A stretch of DNA of 61,583 nt, counting the filler. It is 5 parts of 5 records of this genome, joined end to end, with 100 filler letters (N's around TTAATTAATTAA, not from the genome) between each part and the next. Parts side by side here need not be neighbours in the genome. Positions count along the whole stretch, not along the records: positions 8,611 to 23,500 come from DRR378314_1264; positions 23,601 to 44,047 come from DRR378314_1265; 3 more parts are not named here. One strand, 5' to 3'. This document shows positions 20,970 to 32,622 of the stretch, in pieces. The notes beneath the pieces were generated by a model. The model was not told the origin of the DNA. It saw only the letters and a list, made by a program, of their open reading frames with translations, and searched no databases. Both the position numbers and the translations under genes were made by a program. The first letter of the stretch is position 1; each line of letters begins with the position of its first letter.

Positions 20970-22414
20970 AGTTTCTCTTGAAGCAGTTGGTTGACCTGCT
21001 GCGGGTTCGCCTTGCCCTGGGTGGCCTTCATGACCTGGCCGACGAAGAAGCCGATTTTCTTTTTCCGTTTGGCGTCGTCGGAGTTGCGGTAGTCCTCCAC
21101 CTGGGCGGGGCTGTCGGCGATCACCTGGTCGACGATTTTTTCCAGCTCGCCGCTGTCGCTCATCTGCTTGAGGCCCTGCGCCTCGATGATCCGGTCCGGG
21201 CTGCCGTCACCGTTCCAGCAGGCTTCGAACACCTGCTTGGCGATCTTGGAACTGATGGTGCCGTCCTTGAGGCGCTGGATCAGCTCGCCGAGATGCTCGG
21301 CGGACACCGGGCTGTCGGCGATGTCCTTGTCTTCCGCGTTGAGTTTGGCGGCCAGTTCGCCCATCACCCAGTTGGCGGCCAGCTTGGCGTCGCCGCCGTG
21401 CTCGGCGGCGGTTTCGAAGTAGCGCGCCGTGGCGATGGAGCCGGACAGCAGGTCGGCGTCGTAGGCCGACAGCTGATACTGCTCGATGTAGCGCGCCTTG
21501 CGGGCGTCCGGCAGTTCCGGCAGCTCATCGCGCAGGGTTTGGATGTCCTCTTCGCTGACCATCACCGGCAACAGGTCCGGGCACGGGAAGTAACGGTAAT
21601 CGTTGGCGTCTTCCTTGGTGCGCATGGAGCGGGCGGTGTTGGTCTCGCCGTTATAGAGCCGCGTTTCCTGAACGATTTCGCCGCCGTCCTCGAGCACGTC
21701 GATCTGCCGCGCCACTTCCAGGGCGATGGCTTTTTCCATGAAGCGGAACGAGTTCAGGTTCTTGGTTTCGGTACGCGTGCCGAGCGGCTCGCCGGGGCGG
21801 CGCACGGAAATGTTGACGTCGAAACGCATGTTGCCCTGGGACATGTCGCCGTCGCAGATGCCCAGAGACGTGACGATGGAATGCAGCTTGCGGGCGAACG
21901 CCACCGCCTCTTCGGCGCCGCTCATGTCCGGTTCCGACACGATTTCGATCAGCGGCGTGCCGGCGCGGTTGAGATCAATCCCCGTCTGACCGTGAAAGTC
22001 CTCGTGCAGGGATTTACCGGCATCCTCTTCCAGGTGGGCGTGGTGAATACGCACCAGCTTCTTGTCACCGCTTTCCAGTTGAATTTCCACTTCGCCGGCG
22101 CCGACGATGGGCTCCGCCAGCTGCGTGGTCTGGTAGCCCTTGGGCAGGTCCGGATAAAAATAATTTTTCCGTTCGAACACCGAGCGGCGGGCGATGTCCG
22201 CGTTCACCGCCAGGCCGAACCGGATAGCGTTGCGGATCGCTTCCCGGTTCACCACCGGCAGGGTGCCGGGCATGCCCAGATCGATCAGGCTGGCGTGCCG
22301 GTTGGGGTCGTCGCCGGTTTGCGTGCTGGTGCCGGAAAAGATTTTTGATTGGGTGGCCAGTTGCACGTGCACTTCCAGGCCGATCACCACTTCCCAGTTT
22401 CCTGAATGGCTCAT
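20966..22414 (-). CDS. gatB: Asp/Glu-tRNA amidotransferase subunit B
   Basis: [38 protein letters not shown]. Confidence 0.98.
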   Translation of the reverse strand: MSHSGNWEVVIGLEVHVQLATQSKIFSGTSTQTGDDPNRHASLIDLGMPGTLPVVNREAIRNAIRFGLAVNADIARRSVFERKNYFYPDLPKGYQTTQLAEPIVGAGEVEIQLESGDKKLVRIHHAHLEEDAGKSLHEDFHGQTGIDLNRAGTPLIEIVSEPDMSGAEEAVAFARKLHSIVTSLGICDGDMSQGNMRFDVNISVRRPGEPLGTRTETKNLNSFRFMEKAIALEVARQIDVLEDGGEIVQETRLYNGETNTARSMRTKEDANDYRYFPCPDLLPVMVSEEDIQTLRDELPELPDARKARYIEQYQLSAYDADLLSGSIATARYFETAAEHGGDAKLAANWVMGELAAKLNAEDKDIADSPVSAEHLGELIQRLKDGTISSKIAKQVFEACWNGDGSPDRIIEAQGLKQMSDSGELEKIVDQVIADSPAQVEDYRNSDDAKRKKKIGFFVGQVMKATQGKANPQQVNQLLQEKL

Positions 22415-23500
22415 GCGAAACCTCCCGGCGCCTGTTGATGCCAGTCCGTGGCCATTTGATAGCGGTGCGCCACGTTCAGTATGCGACCTTCCTGGAAATA
22501 GTTGCCGATCACCTGGGTGCCCGCGGGCAGACCGTTGATAAAGCCACTGGGCATGGACAGCGCCGGCAGGCCGGCCAGGTTCACGGCGATGGTGAACACG
22601 TCGGCCATGTACATGTTGACCGGGTCGTCCGCCTTGGCGCCCAGTTTGAAGGCGGTTTCCGGCGAGGTGGGGCCCATGATCACATCCACGTCCTTGAACG
22701 CCCGGGAGAAATCATCGCGGATCAGACGGCGTACTTTCTGCGCGCGCTTGTAGTAAGCGTCGTAATAGCCAGCGGACAACGCATAGGTGCCCACCAGGAT
22801 GCGGCGCTTCACTTCGGCGCCGAAGCCTTCCGAGCGGGAGCGCTTGTACAGGTCTTCCAGGTCCTTGGGATCCTCGCAGCGGTAGCCGAAGCGCACGCCG
22901 TCGAAGCGCGAAAGGTTGGAGCTGGCTTCCGCCGGCGCGATCACATAATAAGCCGGCACCGACAGCTTGATGCTGGGCAGCGACAGCTTGACCAGCTTGG
23001 CGCCCTGTTTTTCCAGTTCGCGCATGGCTTCGCGGGCGTTATCGGCGATCGCGCCGTCCAGATTGTCGGGGAAAAATTCTTCCGGCACGCCGATTTTCAA
23101 GCCGTCCACGCTCTGATCCAGAGCACCGAGGTAATCGTCCACCGGTTCGTTCAGGCAGGTGGAGTCTTTCTCGTCGTGGCCGGCCATGGCCTGCAGCATC
23201 AGCGCGCAGTCGGCGGCGGACAGACCCAGCGGGCCGGCCTGATCCAGACTGGAGGCGAAGGCGATCATGCCCCAGCGCGACACCCGGCCGTAGGTGGGCT
23301 TGAGGCCGGTGACGCCGTTCAGCGCCGCCGGCTGGCGGATCGAGCCGCCGGTGTCGGTGCCGGTGGCGCCGGGGGCCAGCCGCGCCGCCAGGCCGGCGGC
23401 GGCACCGCCGGACGAACCGCCGGGCACCCGCTCGGTGTCCCAGGGGTTTTTCACCGGGCCGTAGAAGCTGGTTTCGTTGGACGAGCCCATGGCGAATTCG
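22411..23500 (-). CDS. gatA: Asp/Glu-tRNA amidotransferase subunit A (5'-truncated)
   Basis: [40 protein letters not shown]. Confidence 0.97.
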
Positions 23501-23600
23501 NNNNNNNNNNNNNNNNNNNNNNNNNNNNNNNNNNNNNNNNNNNNTTAATTAATTAANNNNNNNNNNNNNNNNNNNNNNNNNNNNNNNNNNNNNNNNNNNN
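23501..23600. other. Artificial contig spacer
   Basis: N + TTAATTAATTAA + N. Confidence 0.98.
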
Positions 23601-23967
23601 CATCTCGCCGGAGAACATGCGGCGGAATTCCAGGTCGGCGACCATGCGCTCCAGGCGCTGCAGGTCCGCTTCCACTTCCGCGACGGTGGCTTCGTCGCCC
23701 TCTTCCACCGCCAGTTCCAGCAGATCGCGGGTGTCACCGATGCCCTGGCCGGCCTGGTCCAGGGTGGCGACGATGTGTTCCAGTTGCGAGCGCTCCTTGC
23801 CCAGGGCCTGGGCCCGCTGGGGCTCGTTCCAGACGTCCGGCAGGGCCAGTTCGCGCTCTACTTCGACCAGTCGTTCGCTCTTCTGGTCGTAGTCAAAGAT
23901 ACCCCCTCAGCGCATCGACGCGCTCGGCCAGGTCGGTGAGGTGGGTTCTCAGCGGATTCACTTCCAT
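23601..23967 (-). CDS. prfB: Peptide chain release factor 2, 5' part, with programmed +1 frameshift
   Basis: MEVNPLR...LRGYL-TGA then [41 protein letters not shown] in the +1 frame. Confidence 0.95.
23892..23907 (-). promoter_or_regulatory. prfB frameshift site (internal SD AGGGGG + CTT TGA C)
   Basis: Reverse complement reads AGGGGGTATCTTTGAC. Confidence 0.95.
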
Positions 23968-24064
23968 AAAGGTTCTCAGTGCGCTTTCAATAGAATGGGA
24001 AAAGCCGCGTATTCTACCGTTTCAGCCGGCCCCTGACGAGGCCGGGGCCGGCGGGCACCGGGGG

Positions 24065-24349
24065 TCAGTCCACCAGTTCGTAGACGTGGAAGGCCTCGGG
24101 TTTGAGGTTATCCAGGGTGGTGCCGATGTAGACGGCGTTGTTGGGGATGCCGCTGCCGGTGGCGAATACTTTGAAGCGGCGCACTTCCTTGGGGGTGTCG
24201 ATGACGGTGTCGGCGTCCACTTCCACCCACATGTAGATGGCGCGTTCCTGCTGGATAAAGTCAACGCGCAGCACATCACCTTCTTCCGGCAGGCGCAGTT
24301 CCTGCACATCGGTGCCGGCTTCCAGACGGTGTTTGTGAATTGTTTTCAT
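24065..24349 (-). CDS. Small hypothetical protein (DUF7352-like)
   Basis: GGAGGGA SD; MKTIHKH..MWVEVD..RRFKVFATG..YIGT..HVYE. Confidence 0.7.
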   Translation of the reverse strand: MKTIHKHRLEAGTDVQELRLPEEGDVLRVDFIQQERAIYMWVEVDADTVIDTPKEVRRFKVFATGSGIPNNAVYIGTTLDNLKPEAFHVYELVD

Positions 24350-24475
24350 GCTTCCCTCCGTTAGGGGCTGCCAGACATCGCCGGCCTTTTGGGCCGCGCG
24401 AGAATCGAATCGGGTACAACACGCCGGGGCGGCGCGAACGGCAATGCTAGCAAAGTGCCCGCGGGGAGGCACCTG

Positions 24476-26179
24476 TTACGCGGGTCTGAGGTGCTCGAAG
24501 AGCAGCTGCGGGTTGCGGTTGCCGCGGAATTCGTTCACTTCCAGGCGGTAGACGCCGTACACCCGGCGCAGGCGGTCGCCGAGCTGGTCCAGGTCGGCGT
24601 TGAAGTGGATGCCGTCCACCACCCCGCCGCAGCCGGGCAGGCCCAGGGTGAGCTTGAGGTGGCGCTCGCCGACCACGCGGCTGTCCAGCACCTCGAATTC
24701 GCCGTCGAAGCGCGGCGGCGGGAAGCCCTGCCCCCACGGGAAGCGGTGGCTGAGGAGTTCCGCGGTGTCCAGGCAGAGATCCGCTTCCTCCAGGGCGCCG
24801 TCGGTTTCCACCACCTCGTCGAACAGGTCGGCGCCGGCCACCGCCGCCACCGCGTCCTGGAACGCCTCGGTGAAGGCCGGCAGGTGGTCGGCGCGCAGGG
24901 TCATGCCGGCGGCCATGGCGTGGCCGCCGAACTTGTGCAGCATTTCCGGGTGGGCGGTGGCCACCGCGTCCAGCACGTCGCGCAGGTGCAGGCCGGGTAT
25001 CGAGCGGCCGGAGCCCTTGAGCATGCCCTTCTCGCGGGCCGGGGCGAAGGCGATCACCGGCCGGTGCACCGACTCCTTGACCCGCGAGGCGAGGATGCCC
25101 ACCACCCCTTCGTGCCAGTCCGGGCCGTGCAGGCAGAGCGCGGCGGGCAGCTCGCGCTCGCGCAGCCGCGCCACTTCCAGCATGGCGGCGTCGCGCATGC
25201 CCTGCTCGATGCCGCGCCGCTCGCGGTTGATGGTGTCCAGCTCCTCGGCGAAGCGGCGCGCCTGTTCCTCGCTGTCCGCCAGCAGGCATTCGATGCCGTG
25301 ACTCATATCGGTGAGGCGGCCGGCGGCGTTGAGGCGCGGCCCGGCGGCGAAGCCCAGGTCCGCCGCCACCACCTTGGCGGGATCGCGGCCGGCCACCCGC
25401 AACAGGGCGCGCAGGCCGGGGCTGCCCTTGCCGGCGCGGATGCGGCGCAGGCCCTGCTCCACCAGGATGCGGTTGGCGTCGTCCAGGATCACCACGTCGG
25501 CCACGGTACCCAGGGCCACCAGATCCAGCAGGTCGAGCACCGGGCTTTTGACGCCCAGGCGGCGCTGCACCGCCAGTAGTAAATAGAAGGCGACGCCAAC
25601 GCCGGCCAGGTTGCGCGCCGGGAAGCCGTCCTCGCAGAGGCGCGGATTGACCAGGGCGTCCGCGTCCGGGAGTTGGTCGCCGGGCAGGTGGTGGTCGGTG
25701 ATCAGCACGCGCATGCCGGCGGCCCGGGCGGCGGCCACGCCGTCGACGCTGGCGATGCCATTATCCACGGTGATGATCAGGTCCGGGGCCAGGGTCTCCC
25801 GGGCCAGCTCGACGATCGCCGGCGACAGGCCATAGCCGTACTCGAAGCGGTTGGGCACCAGGTAGTCCGGGCGCCGGAAGCCCAGGCCGGCCAGCCCGCG
25901 CACCATCAGCGCGGTGGCGGTGGCGCCGTCGGCGTCGTAGTCGCCCACCACGCAGATGCGCCAGTGCTCTTCGCGGGCCTGCTGCAGCAGGTCCACCGCG
26001 GCGCCCAGGCCGTTGAAACCGTCCGGGTGCGGCAGGCGGCCCAGGCTCAGCTGCAGCTGCTCTTCCCGGGTGACGCCGCGGGCGGCCAGCACCCGGGCCA
26101 GCAGCGGCGGCACGCCGGGCCAGTCGGGCACGGTGTCCAGGGTACGGCGGCGGATCTCGGGAAAAGGACGTGCGCTCAT
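24476..26179 (-). CDS. recJ: ssDNA-specific exonuclease RecJ
   Basis: GDYDADGATA, TVDNG, TDHH, LGTVADVV, GPRLNAAGR, GGHAMAAG. Confidence 0.97.
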   Translation of the reverse strand: MSARPFPEIRRRTLDTVPDWPGVPPLLARVLAARGVTREEQLQLSLGRLPHPDGFNGLGAAVDLLQQAREEHWRICVVGDYDADGATATALMVRGLAGLGFRRPDYLVPNRFEYGYGLSPAIVELARETLAPDLIITVDNGIASVDGVAAARAAGMRVLITDHHLPGDQLPDADALVNPRLCEDGFPARNLAGVGVAFYLLLAVQRRLGVKSPVLDLLDLVALGTVADVVILDDANRILVEQGLRRIRAGKGSPGLRALLRVAGRDPAKVVAADLGFAAGPRLNAAGRLTDMSHGIECLLADSEEQARRFAEELDTINRERRGIEQGMRDAAMLEVARLRERELPAALCLHGPDWHEGVVGILASRVKESVHRPVIAFAPAREKGMLKGSGRSIPGLHLRDVLDAVATAHPEMLHKFGGHAMAAGMTLRADHLPAFTEAFQDAVAAVAGADLFDEVVETDGALEEADLCLDTAELLSHRFPWGQGFPPPRFDGEFEVLDSRVVGERHLKLTLGLPGCGGVVDGIHFNADLDQLGDRLRRVYGVYRLEVNEFRGNRNPQLLFEHLRPA

Positions 26180-26471
26180 CAATTCAGCCTGGCGGAAAGA
26201 CGCGGCAAGGGTCCGCATAGACGCCTCCCGAGTCAAGATACTCCGGGCCCGGCTTGCTGTATCCTCCTCATGGCTGAAAGCGCCGGTGGTTGAAAGACCC
26301 CGCCCCGCACCCAATACAGGCGGGAAGCGGGCTTGCAACGACCGGCAAGTCACAAAAAGGGACTGAATGTATGCCCTTTGCTTTCATATACTTGGCGCCC
26401 CCGAGTGAGGAACCACAGGCTCACCAAGGCGGCTGGCCGGCCGCATACTTTGGGACTGGAGAGCAAACGAT

Positions 26472-28622
26472 ATGATTTACCAAGGCAACGCCGTAAGCGT
26501 ACAACTGCTTGACGACGGGATCGCCGAACTGAAGTTCGACCTTCAGGGCGAGTCCGTGAACAAGTTCGACCGTGCCACCCTGGAAGACCTGAGCAAGGCC
26601 ACCGAGGCCCTCAAAGGCAACGACCAGGTGAAGGGCATCGTCGTCACCTCCGCGAAAAACGTGTTCATCGTTGGCGCGGACATCACCGAATTCACCGAAA
26701 TGTTCGCCCAGGACGAAGCGGAGATCGCCAAATGGTCCCGCCAGGCGAACGACATCTTCAACGCCTTCGAAGACCTGGACGTGCCGAAAGTGGCCGCCAT
26801 CAACGGCTTCGCCCTGGGCGGCGGCCTGGAAATGTGCCTGGCCTGCGAATTCCGCGTGATGAGCGAACAGGCCCAGGTGGGCTTCCCGGAAGTGAAGCTG
26901 GGCATCTACCCCGGTTTCGGCGGCACCGTGCGCGCGCCGCGCCTGATGGGCGTGGACAACGCCATTGAGTGGATCTCCGCCGGCGGCCAGCACAAGCCGG
27001 AAAAAGCCTTCAAGGACGGCATGGTGGACGCGGTGGTCAAGCACGACGACGTGCGTGACGCCGCCATCGACCTGGTGAAGCAGTGCCTGGCCGGCAAGAT
27101 CGACTTCCGCGCCAAGCGCCAGGAAAAGCTGGAGCCGCTGCCGATGCCTCCGATGGAGCAGATGATGGCGTTCCAGACCGGTTCCGCCATGGTCCAGCAG
27201 CAGGCCGGCAAGAACTACCCGGCGCCCATGGAAGCGGTGAAGTCCATGCAGAAAGCCGCCGGCATGAAGCGCAACGAAGCGCTGGACGTGGAGTCCAAGG
27301 GCTTCGCCAAGGTCGCCAAGACCCCGCAGGCCACCGCCATGGTGGGTCTGTTCCTGGCCGACCAGCAGGTTAAGAAAGTGAACGGCAAGACCGCCAAGGC
27401 CAGCCGCGAGATCAACAACGCGGCGGTACTGGGCGCGGGCATCATGGGCGGCGGCATCGCCTTCCAGTCCGCCCTGAAAGGCACCCCCATCGTCATGAAG
27501 GACATCAAGGCGGAAGCCCTGGACCTGGGCATGAACGAAGCCTCCAAGCTGCTCGCCAAGCGCGTCAGCAAAGGCAAGATGGACGCCGCCAAAATGGGCA
27601 AGACCCTGTCCATGATCCGTCCCACCCTGAGCTACGGTGACTTCACCAACATCGACGTGGTCGTCGAGGCGGTGGTCGAGAACCCGAAGATCAAGCAGTC
27701 CGTGCTGGCGGAAACCGAGGAAGTGCTGGGTGACGACGCGGTGCTCGCGTCCAACACCTCCACCATTTCCATCACCCGCCTGGCGGAAGCCCTGAAGAAG
27801 CCGGAGAACTTCGGCGGCATGCACTTCTTCAACCCGGTGCACATGATGCCCCTGGTGGAAGTGATCCGCGGCGAGAAGACCTCCGACGAAACCGTCGCCA
27901 CCCTGGTCAAGTACGCCCAGAAGATGGGCAAGAACCCGGTGGTGGTGAACGACTGCCCCGGCTTCCTGGTGAACCGCGTTCTGTTCCCCTACTTCGCCGG
28001 CTTCGGCATGCTGGTGCGCGACGGCGCCGACTTCCAGCAAGTCGATAAGGTGATGCAGAAGTTCGGCTGGCCCATGGGCCCCGCCTACCTGCTCGACGTG
28101 GTCGGCATCGACACCGGCGTGCACGCCGCCGAAGTGATGGCCGAAGGCTTCCCCGACCGCATGCAGCACGACTTCAAGGACCCGTCCGAGATCATGTTCG
28201 AAAACGAACGCTATGGTCAGAAGAACGGCATCGGCTTCTACAAGTACGAAGAAGACAAGAAGGGCAAGCCCAAGAAGGTGGTCGACGAGAAGACCTACGA
28301 GCTGATCAAGCCGATGGTCACCGGCGAGTCCAAGGAGTTCGACGCCGACGACATCATCGCCCGCATGATGATTCCGATGTGCACCGAAACCATCCGCTGC
28401 CTGGAAGACAACATCGTCGGCTCCGCCGCCGAAGCCGACATGGCCATGATCTACGGCATCGGCTTCCCGCCGTTCCGCGGTGGCCCGCTGCGCTACATCG
28501 ACAGCATCGGCACCAAGGCGTTCGCGGAACTGTGCGACAAATACGCCCACCTGGGTAAGCTTTACGAAGCCCCCCAGATGCTTAAAGACAAGGCCGCCAA
28601 AGGCGAAGCCTTCTTCGCGTAA
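26472..28622 (+). CDS. fadB: Fatty-acid oxidation complex alpha subunit
   Basis: [51 protein letters not shown]. Confidence 0.97.
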   Translation: MIYQGNAVSVQLLDDGIAELKFDLQGESVNKFDRATLEDLSKATEALKGNDQVKGIVVTSAKNVFIVGADITEFTEMFAQDEAEIAKWSRQANDIFNAFEDLDVPKVAAINGFALGGGLEMCLACEFRVMSEQAQVGFPEVKLGIYPGFGGTVRAPRLMGVDNAIEWISAGGQHKPEKAFKDGMVDAVVKHDDVRDAAIDLVKQCLAGKIDFRAKRQEKLEPLPMPPMEQMMAFQTGSAMVQQQAGKNYPAPMEAVKSMQKAAGMKRNEALDVESKGFAKVAKTPQATAMVGLFLADQQVKKVNGKTAKASREINNAAVLGAGIMGGGIAFQSALKGTPIVMKDIKAEALDLGMNEASKLLAKRVSKGKMDAAKMGKTLSMIRPTLSYGDFTNIDVVVEAVVENPKIKQSVLAETEEVLGDDAVLASNTSTISITRLAEALKKPENFGGMHFFNPVHMMPLVEVIRGEKTSDETVATLVKYAQKMGKNPVVVNDCPGFLVNRVLFPYFAGFGMLVRDGADFQQVDKVMQKFGWPMGPAYLLDVVGIDTGVHAAEVMAEGFPDRMQHDFKDPSEIMFENERYGQKNGIGFYKYEEDKKGKPKKVVDEKTYELIKPMVTGESKEFDADDIIARMMIPMCTETIRCLEDNIVGSAAEADMAMIYGIGFPPFRGGPLRYIDSIGTKAFAELCDKYAHLGKLYEAPQMLKDKAAKGEAFFA

Positions 28623-29822
<1,200 letters not shown>

Positions 29823-29855
29823 GGATTCGCTTTATTCACTGTTGGTGATATGAAG

Positions 29856-29889
29856 AAGCCCCGGCGGGTTTTCCCGTCGGGGCTTTTTG
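29856..29889 (+). terminator. Rho-independent terminator after fadA
   Basis: AAGCCCCGGCGGG-TTTT-CCCGTCGGGGCTT followed by a T-run. Confidence 0.85.
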
Positions 29890-29913
29890 TTTGGTAAAAC
29901 TGATTCCTCAGAT

Positions 29914-30561
29914 TTAATTCTCTTCAAATATTTGGTTAATCAGTTCGGCCAGATCGGTCAAGACTTCTACGGAGGTATCGGAAAGCCCTGTGCCTTCGTG
30001 AAGGTACATATTCCTAATCCGCCTTTTTCCATGAAGGGCTTTTTCAGCTACACGCATCGCTCGAAGTTCAGCGAGAATCTCCTCCTCACTGGGGGTAGGA
30101 GATGGCACTGGTTCTTTCCCCACCAGCCCGCTGTGAATCATGTCTCGAGTTAACCTTTCCCTCACTGCACTTTCTGCTACTGCCCGGAAAGACACCATTC
30201 GTTCATCCGAGACCCACCCTTCGACCAAGGCTATTTTTATATAGTCTTTAAAGCTTTTTGGGCGCCTATGCCGGAAACGAGTCCCTACAAGCTCGTATTT
30301 CTCTTTCAAGGAACTTTCTAGTGCCATGTAGCCAATAATCTCCGCTGCTTGGTGCAGCCGATATGAGTAATAAGAGTACAAAGCTATATTTTTCGCATTT
30401 TCAAATATCTGCCGAACTGAAACCGGAACGCGATCCGAAATTTTGATCTCAGCGATACAGCCGTGCCAATACTCGATACTAAAGTGCTTGTTTCTAGGAT
30501 CAGGAAGATGCAAACGATCAATAGACTTCAGTGCATCTTCATCGCCAATAACATCATTCAT
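29914..30561 (-). CDS. Hypothetical helical protein with HEPN-type RxxxxH motif
   Basis: YMALESSLK (HEPN-like E helix) and RRIRNMYLH near the C-terminus. Confidence 0.55.
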   Translation of the reverse strand: MNDVIGDEDALKSIDRLHLPDPRNKHFSIEYWHGCIAEIKISDRVPVSVRQIFENAKNIALYSYYSYRLHQAAEIIGYMALESSLKEKYELVGTRFRHRRPKSFKDYIKIALVEGWVSDERMVSFRAVAESAVRERLTRDMIHSGLVGKEPVPSPTPSEEEILAELRAMRVAEKALHGKRRIRNMYLHEGTGLSDTSVEVLTDLAELINQIFEEN

Positions 30562-31321
30562 TAATCACCCGAACATCTATTATAAATTTTCTATTACTGA
30601 CATAATTATCCGGAACAAACACCAAACTTGATCGTCAAATCTGTGTTTATTCAACAATGAAACCCCAAACGACACAGCACACCGGTCTAAGACTTCATTT
30701 CTTGGGCCGATTAATGCTTGAGGCAACCAAGAGCCTGCAAGGGCATTCATAAAAAATAACGAATTTGGCGCGGTCTAACTTAATCACAGAGCTATCATGA
30801 ATAGCCCATAGACCGCCACTGTCTCTACCCGATAGATGCACGGTCCCGTCAATTTGGTGGCGAAAGCGCACCGCGTTGGCGGTGCGCATTGTGATGACGA
30901 CACAAGCTCTGGACGGGTGCCTCTGAGAATTTGACGACATGTTCTTGGTCACCTTATTGAAGGTGGCTTCTTCAGTGGGGCAGGCACCTTGACGCAAAGC
31001 ATTGATTTCACCAAAACCACGAACATTCTAAAATGTGATTCGGTTCAGCCATCGCTTTGGACAATCCCATGGTTTGCTCCCATCCAAGTATCAGAGGTAC
31101 TCTGCTTAACGCCCAGGAAAGCGATAAGGGCCAGTATAGGCATTGCACCATGTAAATTGGTTTGAACTAGGATAACGCTAATGTGATTGACGAAATTAAA
31201 GTCTCAGCTTCACTCACAACCGATAACAAAAATTCCCGATGAATTATGCAATAGATGCCTTTAATAATAACAATATTTTCAAACAGCTAATTTCCAGAAG
31301 GGGATCTTCCTTCTGAAAAAG

Positions 31322-32526
31322 ATGGAGAAATCAATGGCTTTACCGCAAGATCAAGAAGAAGCGCTTAAAAGGTCTATTCATGGAACGCTCGTTCAGTGCC
31401 AAATACGAGATAGCAAGGTAGACATACCAAAAATATACCCCCATGTCGAGGCGGCAGCGCTGAGGGCAAAAAAAAAACGGCGGGAAAACTCAACCAAGAG
31501 GAAGCCGAAACATTAATTTTCGAACACATATTTCAGTTTGCAGCAAACAACTTTTTACGGACGCCAGTTTCGGGAAACCTGAAAGATCTAACACATCATA
31601 TCATATTTGGCTCTCTAAAAGAAAAAATCGTAAATTCGATTATTTGTTCCACGAAAAAATATTCGATCTATGTACCGATATCTACCTTAGGAAAAAACAT
31701 GGGGCATGATGAGTATAGTCTTTCACCGACGGCATCAATAGTATTCTGCCCTAGAGAAATAAAAAATCTTTACCAAAAAAACAAGCTTGAATCACTTTTT
31801 AGGGGACTTCAAAATCCAGAACATATTGCATTTCTGCGAATAAAAGGGGAAGGATACCTTTATCCATCTTCAGAGGTGAGACTTTATCGAGACCTGAACG
31901 ATAGAGCCAGGCTCATAATCGAACTCCTTCATATTCAGAAAGTAATAAAATTCTCCAGAAGCAGAAACATACAATATGGAATAACAAAAACAAAAACCGA
32001 AACAATAAAACAGGGTTTCATTGTAAACGAGAGCGCCCAAAACGAAAAACCTGTACAATATGACATTCCAGACGACATGAATTTTTACTTGTCCAACACC
32101 ACCCAAAATGAGGGATTAATACTAGATAGAAGTTTTTTTTCCAGCCTACGAGAAAACTACTTATCAGGACTAAGTAGAATAGAAAGCGGGGAAGAGCGAA
32201 TATTATCAGCAGCCCTTTGGAGTTTTGAGGCACGTATAGATAGCTCCCCCACCTCGTCATTCATAAAAACATGCATTGCGTTAGAGGCATTACTGGGCGA
32301 AGACAGCGATAGGTCGAACCTCACCGATAAGTTAGCAATAAAATATTCATACTTGCTGGGGCGAAACGCCCAAGAAAGAAAAAAAATAGAAGCGGATTTC
32401 AAAAAAATTTATCACCTCAGATCAAAACTGGTCCACGGATCATTAAAAAACTCAACCCCACTAGAGAGAAGCTTAATAAAAAAAGCTCGAATACTTTTAG
32501 AATTTTCTCTGATCAAAGAATTGTAA
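31322..32526 (+). pseudogene. ApeA-like HEPN protein split by a frameshift in an A10 tract (31468-31477)
   Basis: 64-aa 5' ORF; the frame of the 31699 ORF is open from the A-tract (KTAGKLNQEEAETLIF...); C-terminal CIALEALLG..KLA..YLLG..KIYHLRSKLVHG. Confidence 0.7.
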
Positions 32527-32622
32527 AAGTAGCGACAATGTACAAACATAGATCATTGATGATGAATTGATAAAAAAACAAGCATCATGAAATGAGGATT
32601 CATTCCTCAGACTAGCTGTATC

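Noticed and set aside
30866-30887. GCGCACCGC-GTTG-GCGGTGCGC hairpin as an integron attC site
   Set aside because: Single short palindrome without RYYYAAC/GTTRRRY ends, no array and no integrase; the surrounding 100-aa ORF (30695-30997) is also unsupported
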